A stretch of 64,000 nt of DNA from Eubacteriales bacterium. Its GTDB lineage: Bacteria; Bacillota; Clostridia; Oscillospirales; CAG-272. The stretch is from assembly GCA_045545665.1 (NCBI GenBank), contig JAZQBL010000013.1, positions 81,504-145,503 on the forward strand, given 5' to 3'. The translations under genes and the position numbers were made by a program. Shown piece after piece: positions 39,548 through 49,204 of this stretch (position 1 is the stretch's first letter; each line of letters begins with the position of its first letter). The notes under the pieces were generated by a model, which was not told the origin of the DNA, did no database searches, and worked only from the letters and a program-made list of their open reading frames with translations.

Positions 39548-40663
39548 TCAAAGCAATGCTTCATCCATAAGCGGAAGAGCCTTGAACGCCGCAACGTCGA
39601 ACGAAGAGACGTTTTTGACGTCTGTCTTTGAAAACAGTTCTTTTTTCTTGATATCAATGATATCGGCATCAAGCTCGGAAAAGAAATTTTTGTTTATTTC
39701 TTTTTCATAGCCCTTGTCATCAAGGGCGTATTTTTTTATTATGTGTATTCCGTAAGCACTTTCAACAGTGCGTACTTCGCCTTCCTTCATCTCAAACGAA
39801 GCGTTAAGGAAGTTTTCTTCGTACGCCGAATCCTTCGTAAGGAAATAGCCGTCGGTGTAATACGTCATACCCTCGTCTTCGTTGTACTTTTCGATAAGCT
39901 CTTCGAAATCGTCACCTGCCAAGGCTTTATCGTATACTTCCTTCGCAAGTGCCTTTTTTTCTTCCTTTTCTTTGTCGGTGAGTTTTTCCGTTTTATAATA
40001 ACCGGTCGACGTGTCAACGACACGTTCGCCCTCGTCGTCAAGTACGTATTTGTCAACCGTGTTTACAAGCACGTGCTTTACTCTTACGTAATTTTCTTTA
40101 TAATATTCTTCTCTTTCGTCCTGTGTCACCTTGTGCGTGCCGTTTTCGCCGAAAAGATAGTCTTCAACCATTGATTTTTTTATTTCAAGCTCATATATTT
40201 CCGAAAGAGCTTTTACATTCAGCTTGTATTTCGCAAGCTCCGTATTGAGTGCCGAGCGGGAGCCTATCTCATCTATGTCACCGTCGATAAACGAATCGAC
40301 CGATTCTTTTATCTGCTCTTCTGCTCCTTCTATACTGCCCAAAGAATTTTCGTTGTATATATTAAGATACGCAACAAGCTCCGTTATGTACTGCTCTGCC
40401 TGTGCTTTCGTAAGGTCGTAAAGCGTTTTGTCTTCGACGTCCGTGTCCCAGAAATCTTCCGTATACGTTTCAGCACTTACGCTTCCGTAGCCGATGAACG
40501 TATTTAAAAATTTCGTTTTGTAGTACGCCATCCAGTATGAATACTGCTTCTGCGTTACGCCGACGTCGTTACAAAAAACGACGTTTTCCGCCTTTTCTTC
40601 TCCGCACGAGCAAAGCCCTGACAAAAGAGCTATAACAATAAATACCGAAAAAAGTTTTTTCAT
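39548..40663 (-). CDS. PrsA/SurA-like lipoprotein (parvulin-type PPIase-like C-terminal region)
   Basis: Lipobox LSGLCSCG. C-terminal region with VKHVLV...ESAYGIHIIKK resembling the PpiC fold. Paralogue of the next gene. Confidence 0.65.
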   Translation of the reverse strand: MKKLFSVFIVIALLSGLCSCGEEKAENVVFCNDVGVTQKQYSYWMAYYKTKFLNTFIGYGSVSAETYTEDFWDTDVEDKTLYDLTKAQAEQYITELVAYLNIYNENSLGSIEGAEEQIKESVDSFIDGDIDEIGSRSALNTELAKYKLNVKALSEIYELEIKKSMVEDYLFGENGTHKVTQDEREEYYKENYVRVKHVLVNTVDKYVLDDEGERVVDTSTGYYKTEKLTDKEKEEKKALAKEVYDKALAGDDFEELIEKYNEDEGMTYYTDGYFLTKDSAYEENFLNASFEMKEGEVRTVESAYGIHIIKKYALDDKGYEKEINKNFFSELDADIIDIKKKELFSKTDVKNVSSFDVAAFKALPLMDEALL

Positions 40664-40678
40664 ATATTTCTCCGTTTA

Positions 40679-41809
40679 TCAGAACAGGTAAGTCCAGGAT
40701 TCGCTGTATATTACTTCATCTATGGGATATTTGCTTATGACCTTATCGTTTACGGAGATCTTGTCAAAATAGCTCATAAGCTTATTTTTGAGTTTTTCTT
40801 CTTCGACAAGCTCGTCGAAATTCGTAAAATCGTCTTCGTTTTCAGTGTGGTCGTAGCCGTTTTCATCAAGCTCGATACGGTTTATAAGATGCAGACCGTA
40901 ATCCGATTTTATAAGTCTGTATTCGCCTATTTCCATATCCTTGACAGCATCGAGAATATCGGGAAAATAATTGTCCTTTGACGTCGTGAGCTTGTTGAAA
41001 TAGTGTCCGTAGGGGTATTTTTCAAACGAAAGCTCCTCGGTATTTTTTATCAAAAGGTCGTCAAAGTCCTCTCCGTTTTCGGCACGCTGTAAAAGCGACT
41101 GCGCGAGTGAGAATTTTTCGTCCCATCTTTCGTCGCTTATTTCTTCGGTAACGGCGTATCCGTCCTTATCGAACTTTATTTTTCCGTTTTCGTCACGGAC
41201 GAAATCGACGTCCATTATGTATATCTGCTTATAACGGCAGTAGTTTTCGTTGTAATATGCGTTTCTGTCCTCGGCATTTACAACTTCCTTTCCGCTTTCA
41301 CCGTACAGATAATCCTGCACAGCCTCTGCTTTTGCGTTTGAAAGGAATATTTCGTACATATCGTCAACGGAAAGCCCCAGCTCCTTCATAAGCTCGTCTT
41401 TTTCAAATTCTTCCTCCCCGCCGATACCCAGAAGCAAACCGTCTATCATCGACTGAGCCTCTGTTTTTTTCGCATCCGTCAGGGTAAGGCGGTACTCGTC
41501 AAACAAATATTCGGCAACGAGCTTCGTCTTTATAGCCGTCAACGTTACGTCCTGGAGATAATCGGCAACGGTGACACCGTTTGACGATGAATTCCAGAAT
41601 TCCTCCGTATCGTCCTCCCCGAAGGTATATATCCAATACGGTCGGTAGCAGGACATATAGTAAGCAAATATCTCCTCTTCCATAGTGACGGAGCCTATCT
41701 GCAAGGCGTAATCTCCGACCATCTTTTTTATTTTAGCGCACGATACGCAGGAAAAAAGCATAACGGCGGCAAGTGCGGTACAAACAGCTTTTATAATATA
41801 TTTCTTCAT
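40679..41809 (-). CDS. PrsA/SurA-like lipoprotein, tandem paralogue
   Basis: Lipobox LFSCVSCA. Same architecture as the previous gene (YKQIYIM...SDYGLHLINR). Confidence 0.65.
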   Translation of the reverse strand: MKKYIIKAVCTALAAVMLFSCVSCAKIKKMVGDYALQIGSVTMEEEIFAYYMSCYRPYWIYTFGEDDTEEFWNSSSNGVTVADYLQDVTLTAIKTKLVAEYLFDEYRLTLTDAKKTEAQSMIDGLLLGIGGEEEFEKDELMKELGLSVDDMYEIFLSNAKAEAVQDYLYGESGKEVVNAEDRNAYYNENYCRYKQIYIMDVDFVRDENGKIKFDKDGYAVTEEISDERWDEKFSLAQSLLQRAENGEDFDDLLIKNTEELSFEKYPYGHYFNKLTTSKDNYFPDILDAVKDMEIGEYRLIKSDYGLHLINRIELDENGYDHTENEDDFTNFDELVEEEKLKNKLMSYFDKISVNDKVISKYPIDEVIYSESWTYLF

Positions 41810-41996
41810 TTTCGAAGCCTCCGGATCTGATTATAACTTTTTTTATTATATCACACCAAAACCGTTATTTCTATATATAGGTGATAATTTTTTTTGAACT
41901 GTTTAAATATGCAAAAACAACGAAAAAGGCGTATTGACAAACATTTTTTCCTGTGATATACTTGAAGTATAATATTTGTAAATGAGGTACAGATCT

Positions 41997-43850
41997 ATGA
42001 TAAAACCGCAGTTTTCGTTTTTATATGACGGCAAGCCTTACGACCCAGAGGTAAACAAGGATATAAAAACAACGCTTGAAGTAAAAAAATACGACGAATT
42101 TGACGCTGTTGAATGGACCGTCTGGTACGAAAACGTATCCGACAAAAACAGTGGCACGCTTTCCGAAATAAAGGATATCGACGCCGTGCTCACGTTGCCC
42201 GAATACGTTCACGAATTTATGGGCAACAGATACACGGAGGAAGCGCCGAAGGTCATCTGGACGCAGGGACTCGTTGAAGGTGAAGCGTATTCGTACGACG
42301 ATGCACGTTCTGCCGAGGAATTTTCATATCATACGAAATATTTCTTCAACAAGGGCGTTACTTACAGCTTTGAAAACGGTGAGGGCAGATGCTCTGACGA
42401 GGTTATGCCGTTTTTCGAGGTTGCTTGCAAAGACGCAGGTTACATCGTTGCACTCGGTTGGACGGGAAGCTGGATAGCAACGCTTTCAAAGGAAGATGAA
42501 GGCATCCGCTTCAAGGCAGGTCTTCACTATGCGGAATATTATCTCAAGCCCGGCGAAAAGGTAAGAGGTGCGTCCGTTCTCGTTATGCAGTATTCCGAAA
42601 AGGACGATCAGTACAACAAATTCCGTGATCTTATGTGGCAGCAGTACACGCCCAAATGTCTTACGAAGGAAAACCCCGGTCTTCTTGCAAACCTTTTCTG
42701 GGGAAGCCTTCCCAGCGACGAGATGATAAACCGCATAAAGCGTTTCCGCGAAAACGGCGTTGAGTTTGATCAGTACTGGATAGATGCGGCTTGGAACGGC
42801 AAAAAGGCAAAGAGTGACTGCAACTTTGACAGCATCTGGGCTGACGAAGTCGGTGACTGGGAAGTAAAGCTTGATGCTCACCCCGATAAATTTCTTGACG
42901 TCGTTGCCGAAGCGAAAAAGAGCAACGCGGGCTTTATGCTTTGGTTTGACACGGAAAAGGTGGCGAAAGTCGCACCGATAGCATCCGAGCATCCCGAATA
43001 TTTCATAGACGCGGGCGAAAGCTATCTGCTTGCAAACTTCGCAAAGAAAGAAGTAAGAGATTATTATTACAACATACTCAGAGAGCACATAAAAACACTT
43101 GATATCCGTTGCTACAGACAGGACTTCAACTGCACACCCGATATTTTCTGGAAAGCGGCTGACGAAGAAGGCAGACGCGGTATTACGGAAATATACCACA
43201 TTCTCGGTATGTACGAGCTGTGGGATAAGCTCATTGCAGAATTCCCCCACCTTATAATCGACAACTGTGCATCGGGCGGAAGAAGAATAGATATAGAAAC
43301 CCTGAAGCGTTCGCTTATGCTTTACAAAACGGACTATCAGTGCATATTCAACCCCAACCCCGACGTAACGAACGTACACAACACAAACGCATCCCGTCTT
43401 TTCCCCGTTACGGGCTGTTCAACGAAAAAGAAAATGGATACGTATGCGGCAAGAAGCACGTATTCGGCAACGTGGGGCATAGGCTCGTATGCAACTATCT
43501 TCCACTCTATGACGGATGAAGAAATGAAATGGCTTTCGGGTGTCGTTAAAGAATTCAGATCAATCCGCAGATTCTTCCCCTGCCATTTCCACAACTTCGG
43601 CTCTGACAGCCTCGACCTTACCTCGTGGGTGATCTGGCAGTACCACGACGTTGAAACAAACGAAGGAATGATTATGGCATTCAGACGTGAAAAATCTCCC
43701 TGCTGTACGGCAAAAATATCCCTTAAAGAGCTTGACGGCGAATACACCTTCACAAGCCTTGACACGGGCGCATCATTTGTCGGCGGCGCAGATCTTACGA
43801 TAGAACTTCCCGAACAGTATTCCTCAACTATCATTACGTACAAGAAATAA
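41997..43850 (+). CDS. glycoside hydrolase family 36-like (alpha-galactosidase-type)
   Basis: YWIDAAW, CYRQDFN and IDNCASGGRRID motifs resemble the GH36 catalytic core. Start at the second ATG (41997). Confidence 0.7.
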   Translation: MIKPQFSFLYDGKPYDPEVNKDIKTTLEVKKYDEFDAVEWTVWYENVSDKNSGTLSEIKDIDAVLTLPEYVHEFMGNRYTEEAPKVIWTQGLVEGEAYSYDDARSAEEFSYHTKYFFNKGVTYSFENGEGRCSDEVMPFFEVACKDAGYIVALGWTGSWIATLSKEDEGIRFKAGLHYAEYYLKPGEKVRGASVLVMQYSEKDDQYNKFRDLMWQQYTPKCLTKENPGLLANLFWGSLPSDEMINRIKRFRENGVEFDQYWIDAAWNGKKAKSDCNFDSIWADEVGDWEVKLDAHPDKFLDVVAEAKKSNAGFMLWFDTEKVAKVAPIASEHPEYFIDAGESYLLANFAKKEVRDYYYNILREHIKTLDIRCYRQDFNCTPDIFWKAADEEGRRGITEIYHILGMYELWDKLIAEFPHLIIDNCASGGRRIDIETLKRSLMLYKTDYQCIFNPNPDVTNVHNTNASRLFPVTGCSTKKKMDTYAARSTYSATWGIGSYATIFHSMTDEEMKWLSGVVKEFRSIRRFFPCHFHNFGSDSLDLTSWVIWQYHDVETNEGMIMAFRREKSPCCTAKISLKELDGEYTFTSLDTGASFVGGADLTIELPEQYSSTIITYKK

Positions 43851-43860
43851 TCAAATAATA

Positions 43861-43895
43861 AAGTGGCAGGCTCAATTCTTTGAGCCTGCCACTTT
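43861..43895. terminator. hairpin between the convergent GH36 and XRE genes
   Basis: aagtggcaggctca-attctt-tgagcctgccactt (14-bp stem). Confidence 0.65.
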
Positions 43896-43946
43896 GCTAT
43901 TCGCTAAATTGGAATTTGTCGATTCACTTCTACCTGGCAATAATCG

Positions 43947-44456
43947 TTATTTTTTCTTCCATATTAGGTAAATACCTACAATCGCTCCAATAAAAGCAAC
44001 TGGAGATAACCTTACAAAAAACCACTCAAATGCATGAAGAAGAACTCCGACAACGGCTATTTCAGGGTCACTGTAGTCCCACGCTAAATATGGGCTACCA
44101 AAAATAATTAAGAGCATCCAAACCGCTATTATGGCAACTGCTAATAGGCTAAAGAACACTGTTAACTTTTTTCGCTTTGCGTTTCTACTCAGAGCAAGTT
44201 GCAAATTGATGATTTCCAATTTTTCAGAAATCACCTTTAAGTCATTTACTTCTGTCTGTTCAACAATTTCTCCAAGCAAAACACTTACAGGTGTGTCGAG
44301 TGCTTCTGATAAAGAAATCAACATATCAGAGTCTGGTACCGACAAGCCTTGCTCCCATTTTGAAATTGTTTGGCGAACCACATTTAACTTGACAGCAAGT
44401 TCTTCTTGGGATAATCCTTTTGATTTTCGGACTGCCCTTATGTTTTCACTCAACAT
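43947..44456 (-). CDS. XRE-family HTH regulator with C-terminal TM helices (AT-rich gene)
   Basis: NIRAVRKSKGLSQEELAVKLNVVRQTISKWEQG HTH, followed by three hydrophobic helices. Start at MLSENIR after AAGGAGG. Confidence 0.8.
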   Translation of the reverse strand: MLSENIRAVRKSKGLSQEELAVKLNVVRQTISKWEQGLSVPDSDMLISLSEALDTPVSVLLGEIVEQTEVNDLKVISEKLEIINLQLALSRNAKRKKLTVFFSLLAVAIIAVWMLLIIFGSPYLAWDYSDPEIAVVGVLLHAFEWFFVRLSPVAFIGAIVGIYLIWKKK

Positions 44457-44642
44457 GAGGAATACCTCCTTTCTTTTAGTAGTCACCTGTATTATATCAA
44501 AGTGTACCCGTTGCTACAAGCAACGGGTATTAACATTTAGGTTTGCAACTGAAATTAACAGACCATCAAATTCTTATTTATCGTTCTATTTATAGCCGGT
44601 TTAGCCTTTGTATTACAAAGACACGGGGCAAAGCCTGTATTT

Positions 44643-45141
44643 CTATTCTTCTGAGTATAGTTCATCATAGTACCAACGTATAGGATTTTCATATATGTAC
44701 TTCACGATCTCCTCATAGTCCTCTCGACCTCTGATAATATGATCGTGAAAGCCTCGTTGCCATACGTTTTCACCGTATTCTTTATTGCAAAATCTTTTAA
44801 ATGTCGATACAAAATGTGACACAAATGAGGTCTGTTTTGTAGGGGTCGACGTCCTCGGCGACCCGTCATCGCGAACGAATAACAAAAAATGTATATGGTT
44901 CGGCATAATAACGTATTGATCTACGGTTATATTTTAATAAAATTCATTCATTTGTTTTATATGTTTATCCGCAACGATTCCGTGCGGTAATAATTCCATG
45001 TTTTTCTACAATACGGGATAAGATCTGCCGCCTGCCTTCCGTACACAGCGTTATAAAATACGCTCCCGTTGTGTTATAATCAAAATTTTTTAACCTTGTA
45101 GGCTTCCTTTTCGGTAATTCTTTTTCTTTATCCACATTCAT
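44643..45141 (-). pseudogene. RAYT-type (REP-associated, IS200-like HUH/Y1) transposase, disrupted
   Basis: N-terminal part reads MNVDKEKELPKRKPTRLKNFDYNTTGAYFITLCT... The C-terminal part, in another frame, reads ...PHGIVADKHIKQMNEFY*NITVDQYVIMPNHIHFLL...VWQRGFHDHIIRGREDY...YIYENPIRW. Lesions: one frameshift (about 44965-45000) and an in-frame TAA at 44934-44936. Confidence 0.8.
44838..44864 (+). repeat. TGTAG + GC-rich hairpin (REP-like unit) inside the RAYT coding sequence
   Basis: tgtag-gggtcg-acgtcctcgg-cgaccc. Related units at 54196-54221 (opposite orientation) and 62176-62202. Confidence 0.6.
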
Positions 45142-45151
45142 CACCCGTTCT

Positions 45152-45192
45152 ATTGTATCAAAAATCGGCAGAGAAAACAAGTTCTCTGCCGA
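45152..45192 (-). promoter_or_regulatory. RAYT promoter: 11-bp-arm palindrome + extended -10
   Basis: tcggcagagaa-aacaag-ttctctgccga (45165-45192). On the minus strand it is followed by ttttTGATACAAT (45152-45160). Confidence 0.55.
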
Positions 45193-45253
45193 AATTTTAT
45201 GCCCCTGCCATTTCTTCTGTCGAGAATGCAGAAAGAATGAGCGGATTTTTTAT

Positions 45254-46126
45254 TTATTGCGTATTGTTGTTGGAAAATACGTCTGCCACTTCGCTTATCG
45301 TAATGTAGGCGTGGTGGTCGATATCGTGGACAAGCTCCTTCATTCTTACGACCTGGTAACGGTTGACGATAAAATATATCATCGTCTTATCTCTGTTTGA
45401 ATAACCGCCCTTTGCATTGAGGTACGTAACGCCGCTGCCGAAGGTTTCCGTCAGCTTTTCACAGACCTCTTTCGGTTTTTCGGTAATGATAATGGCGCAT
45501 TTTGCCCTGTCTATACCGTCAACGATAAAGTCAACGGCTTTAAGTGCCGCCGTATACGCAACGATCGAATAAAGCGGCAGCACCCAGCTTTTGAGTATAA
45601 TCCCGCAAGCTATGTAAAGCACCACGTTATATATCATAACGAACGTGCCGACCGTTATACCGAGTCTTTTTGCAAAGATTACCGCCATAACTTCAACACC
45701 GTCCATAGCGCCGCCGTAGCGTATTGCAAGACCGCTTCCGATACCCGATATCACACCGCCGAACAAGGCGCACAATAGCAGATCCTCGCCCGCAAACGGA
45801 GATGCAACGCTTACGTCAACGGGTAAAACGTCCGTGATGATCCACGATGAAATTGAGTAGATGAACACGGTATATATAGCGTACACCGTAAATTGCCATC
45901 CCTGTCTTTTAAGTCCGAACAAAAACAGAGGAATATTAAGCAGGATCAAAAATACGGAAAGTGTCAGATATTCGGGTGTCAGACGGTCCAAAAGCATAGA
46001 CGTACCTGAAATTCCGCTGTCGTACAAGTTTACCGGCATCAGAAATACCGTTATACCGAAGGCATTTACTATACCTGCAACTGTCAGCATCAAAATATTC
46101 GTAAGCTTCAACTTTCTTTCTCTCAC
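45254..46126 (-). CDS. YitT family membrane protein (DUF2179 C-terminal domain)
   Basis: 290 aa with 5-6 TM helices. C-terminal domain AIIITEKPKEVCEKL...GVTYLNAKGGYS is typical of YitT. Confidence 0.78.
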   Translation of the reverse strand: MRERKLKLTNILMLTVAGIVNAFGITVFLMPVNLYDSGISGTSMLLDRLTPEYLTLSVFLILLNIPLFLFGLKRQGWQFTVYAIYTVFIYSISSWIITDVLPVDVSVASPFAGEDLLLCALFGGVISGIGSGLAIRYGGAMDGVEVMAVIFAKRLGITVGTFVMIYNVVLYIACGIILKSWVLPLYSIVAYTAALKAVDFIVDGIDRAKCAIIITEKPKEVCEKLTETFGSGVTYLNAKGGYSNRDKTMIYFIVNRYQVVRMKELVHDIDHHAYITISEVADVFSNNNTQ

Positions 46127-46150
46127 TCCTGATCCTCCGTAAATATTTTA

Positions 46151-47587
46151 TTAAACGTATTCAAGCTCCGTAAAATCCTTTATGCAAAGTATTGCATCGG
46201 GATGTTTTATTCCGCTTATGGCTACGACCTTCATACCTGCGTTGAGTGCGGCGTTTATTCCCGCTATAGAATCCTCAAACACGACACATTCGGAAGGATC
46301 AAAGCCGCAAAGCTTAGCCACCAGCAAAAACAGGTCGGGCGCAGGCTTTTTGGCAAGCGGTAAAGAACCGTCGCATATGACCTTGAAATACTTATCAAGC
46401 GAAAGATCCTTTGCTATTTTCGGCGCAAATATGCTTGATGAGCCGACACCGCACGGCACGCATCTGTCGTTTGCATAATTTAAGAAAGGTACGATACCGC
46501 CGACGATATCGTCTTCTGAAAGATCTTTCGTTATTTCAACGTACGTGTTTTCTTTCGTATCACCGACGTTTTTTCTGTCATCGTCGGTGAGTGTCATTTC
46601 CGACTTTTCGGCAATATAGTTTACGATATAGTCACGGCCCGTGCTTTTCAAGGGCAGATATTCTTCATCGCCTATATGAACGCCGTACGGCTCGCCGCCT
46701 TTATTCCAAGCTATAAGATGGTATTTTTCCGTATCTACAACGACGCCGTCAAAGTCAAAAATACAGCACTTGAAGTCATGAAGAATACCGTTTTTATCCT
46801 TTATGCGGACACGTTTTTTATAGCTTTCTTCAACAAGACGTGCAATCTCAAGGTTTGCCGAAGCGACAACGCCCTCGTCGCCGAAGGAATATTCCTCCCC
46901 CTCGAGGTTCGTTATGACAGCCCCCGCCTCTTTACATATGATAACGCCGGGAGCTATATCCCAAAGGTTTCTCGTTATAACGACCGTACAGTCCGTTTTG
47001 CCCATTGCGGCATATGCAAAATCAAAGCAAGCCGCGCCGAACATTCTTATTTTAGCTATTTTGGGGTACAAAAAGCCCATTGAATCGTGCTGCCTTTTTG
47101 CAACGGCATCATCCATATGAGAATAGTCGCCCATGCTTGCTATGACGTTGTTCAACGTAACCGTTGAGTTTACGTGTATTTTTTCACCGTTTCTGTACGC
47201 TCCGCAGTCCTTTTCGGCATAAAACAGCTCGTTAGTATGCGGCAGATAGATCACACCCAGAACAGGCTCTTTATCAACGAACAAAGCACATTGGACACCG
47301 TGCAGACACACGTTTCTTGCCATATTGCACGTGCCGTCTATAGGGTCTATCACCCAGACTCTGCCCGCAAGTTCCTGAGTCGATGACGTTTCCTCTCCGT
47401 GTATTCTGTCGCCTTCGTATTTTTTAAGTATTTCCTCCGAAAGATACTTTTCGATGCTTATGTCGATGTTCGTCACAAGATCGAACTGCGATTTCTGCAT
47501 CACCGTTTCAGCACCGTTCGATGCGTATTTTTCATACGCCGAGCGTATCTTTTCGGTTATAAATTCAAGTTCGCCCGTGTATTTCAT
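46151..47587 (-). CDS. fusion protein: inositol-monophosphatase-family domain + HAD-IA (beta-phosphoglucomutase-like) phosphatase domain
   Basis: N-terminal half has WVIDPIDGTCNM (IMPase motif). C-terminal half has CIFDFDGVVVDTE and FEDSIAGINAALNAGM (HAD motifs I and IV). The ATG at 47585-47587 lies 1 nt after the trpB stop. Confidence 0.78.
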   Translation of the reverse strand: MKYTGELEFITEKIRSAYEKYASNGAETVMQKSQFDLVTNIDISIEKYLSEEILKKYEGDRIHGEETSSTQELAGRVWVIDPIDGTCNMARNVCLHGVQCALFVDKEPVLGVIYLPHTNELFYAEKDCGAYRNGEKIHVNSTVTLNNVIASMGDYSHMDDAVAKRQHDSMGFLYPKIAKIRMFGAACFDFAYAAMGKTDCTVVITRNLWDIAPGVIICKEAGAVITNLEGEEYSFGDEGVVASANLEIARLVEESYKKRVRIKDKNGILHDFKCCIFDFDGVVVDTEKYHLIAWNKGGEPYGVHIGDEEYLPLKSTGRDYIVNYIAEKSEMTLTDDDRKNVGDTKENTYVEITKDLSEDDIVGGIVPFLNYANDRCVPCGVGSSSIFAPKIAKDLSLDKYFKVICDGSLPLAKKPAPDLFLLVAKLCGFDPSECVVFEDSIAGINAALNAGMKVVAISGIKHPDAILCIKDFTELEYV

Positions 47588-47588
47588 A

Positions 47589-48833
47589 TCAAAGCTCAAA
47601 TCCTTCGCCGTAGCCGTAATGCTCCGCAACGTAATCTACGTCCTTGTCACCTCTGCCCGAGAGCGTTGCAAGAATAGATCCGCCCGTCGTTGCGTGTTCC
47701 TTTGCATATCTCATTGCAAAAGCAACTGCGTGCGAGCTTTCAAGTGCGGGTATGATACCCTCGTAGCGTGACAGTGCAAAGAACGCCTTTACAGCTTCTT
47801 CGTCATCGACTGTGACGTAGTTTACACGTCCGCAGTCGTGCAGATATGCGTGTTCGGGGCCTACGGAAGGATAGTCAAGTCCGCTTGCTATCGAGTAAAC
47901 GGGAGCAGGCTCGCCGTTTTCATCCTTGAGCATAATGCTTTCAAATCCGTGCATGATACCGGGTTCGCCGTACGTCATTGATGCCGCGTGGTCTCCGAGG
48001 TTGTGTCCCTTACCCAAAGGCTCGATACCGTATATATCGACGGGATCAGCCAAAAATCCCGTAAACGTACCTATTGAGTTTGATCCGCCGCCGACGCACG
48101 CCGCAACGGCATCGGGCATAATACCCGTCATTTCAAGGAACTGCTCTCTTGCTTCGTATCCGATAACTGACTGGAAGTCACGTACCATCAAGGGGAACGG
48201 GTGCGGACCTAAAACAGAACCTATGCAGTAGATCGCGTCCTTGTATTCTCTCATATATGCGTCAAACGCCGCATCGACAGCTTCTTTAAGTGTTTTAAGA
48301 CCGTGTGTTACGGGAACGACTCTTGCACCGAGCATCTTCATTCTCGTTACGTTGGGCGCCTGCTTTGCAATATCGACCTCACCCATATAGATATCACATT
48401 CGAGTCCGAAATATGCCGCCGCAGTTGCCAAAGCAACACCGTGCTGACCTGCGCCTGTTTCGGCGATAAGCTTCTTTTTGCCCATATATTTAGCAAGAAG
48501 TCCTTCACCCATGCAGTGGTTGAGCTTATGTGCGCCCGTGTGGTTGAGGTCTTCGCGCTTAAGATATATCTGGCAGTTACCTATCTTATTGGAAAGTCTT
48601 TCGCAGTGGTAAACGGGTGTAGGTCTGCCCTGGAATTCCTTACGTATGCGGCGAAGCTCGTTTATGAACTTTGCGCTGTGGCAGATAGCCTGATAAGCGT
48701 CGCCTATTTCTTTAAATGCCGGCTCAAGCTCGGCGGGAAGATAAGCACCGCCGTATCTTCCGAATCTGCCGTCGGGTGTGGGAAATTCCTTCGAATACGT
48801 TACAAAATCTTTATAAGTTTTCTTGTTATCCAT
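47589..48833 (-). CDS. trpB: tryptophan synthase beta chain (stand-alone TrpB)
   Basis: 414 aa. [24 protein letters not shown] (PLP lysine), [16 protein letters not shown] and SGRGDKD are collinear with TrpB. No trpA in the window. Confidence 0.88.
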   Translation of the reverse strand: MDNKKTYKDFVTYSKEFPTPDGRFGRYGGAYLPAELEPAFKEIGDAYQAICHSAKFINELRRIRKEFQGRPTPVYHCERLSNKIGNCQIYLKREDLNHTGAHKLNHCMGEGLLAKYMGKKKLIAETGAGQHGVALATAAAYFGLECDIYMGEVDIAKQAPNVTRMKMLGARVVPVTHGLKTLKEAVDAAFDAYMREYKDAIYCIGSVLGPHPFPLMVRDFQSVIGYEAREQFLEMTGIMPDAVAACVGGGSNSIGTFTGFLADPVDIYGIEPLGKGHNLGDHAASMTYGEPGIMHGFESIMLKDENGEPAPVYSIASGLDYPSVGPEHAYLHDCGRVNYVTVDDEEAVKAFFALSRYEGIIPALESSHAVAFAMRYAKEHATTGGSILATLSGRGDKDVDYVAEHYGYGEGFEL

Positions 48834-48933
48834 GATATTTTACTCCTGTTTTATTTAAATATTACGTTTTCAATATTTTTTAATGTAACTGCACACGCCA
48901 TCGTTTTGAAAAAATAAACATATATCCTCCCAA

Positions 48934-49197
48934 ACAAAAAAATTCCTGTCCGAAATAGGACAAGAATGACTTCCTGCGGTACCACCTAAATTAACGAAAA
49001 AATTCGTTCCCTCTGCCGTACACCGTTATGTACGCACCCTTTTAACGGTAGGTTACCGTCAGCCATTACTCACGTTAGTTTTCCTGCTGCCCTCATAAGC
49101 CCATTCGTCAACCGTTTCGCTGCGGCATTTCACCACACTGCCGCTCTCTGAAAGCTACGCTGACTGACTACTATTCTTAATCAAAGGTTTCAACTAT
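48934..49197 (-). promoter_or_regulatory. T-box leader, probable Trp (UGG) specifier
   Basis: Minus strand has an AGAGA box, a distal-loop GUGUGGUGAAA, cgaaUGGgcuu (UGG at 49101-49103) and AAUUUAGGUGGUACCGCAGG (48973-48992). Terminator cuuguccu/ggacagga + U7. Confidence 0.85.
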
Positions 49198-49204
49198 TAT
49201 TGAC

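Noticed and set aside
45128-45136. Perfect DnaA box TTATCCACA.
   Set aside because: It is a single occurrence inside the RAYT pseudogene with no cluster and no AT-rich unwinding element. I found no other consensus boxes near rpmH, so it is not evidence for oriC.
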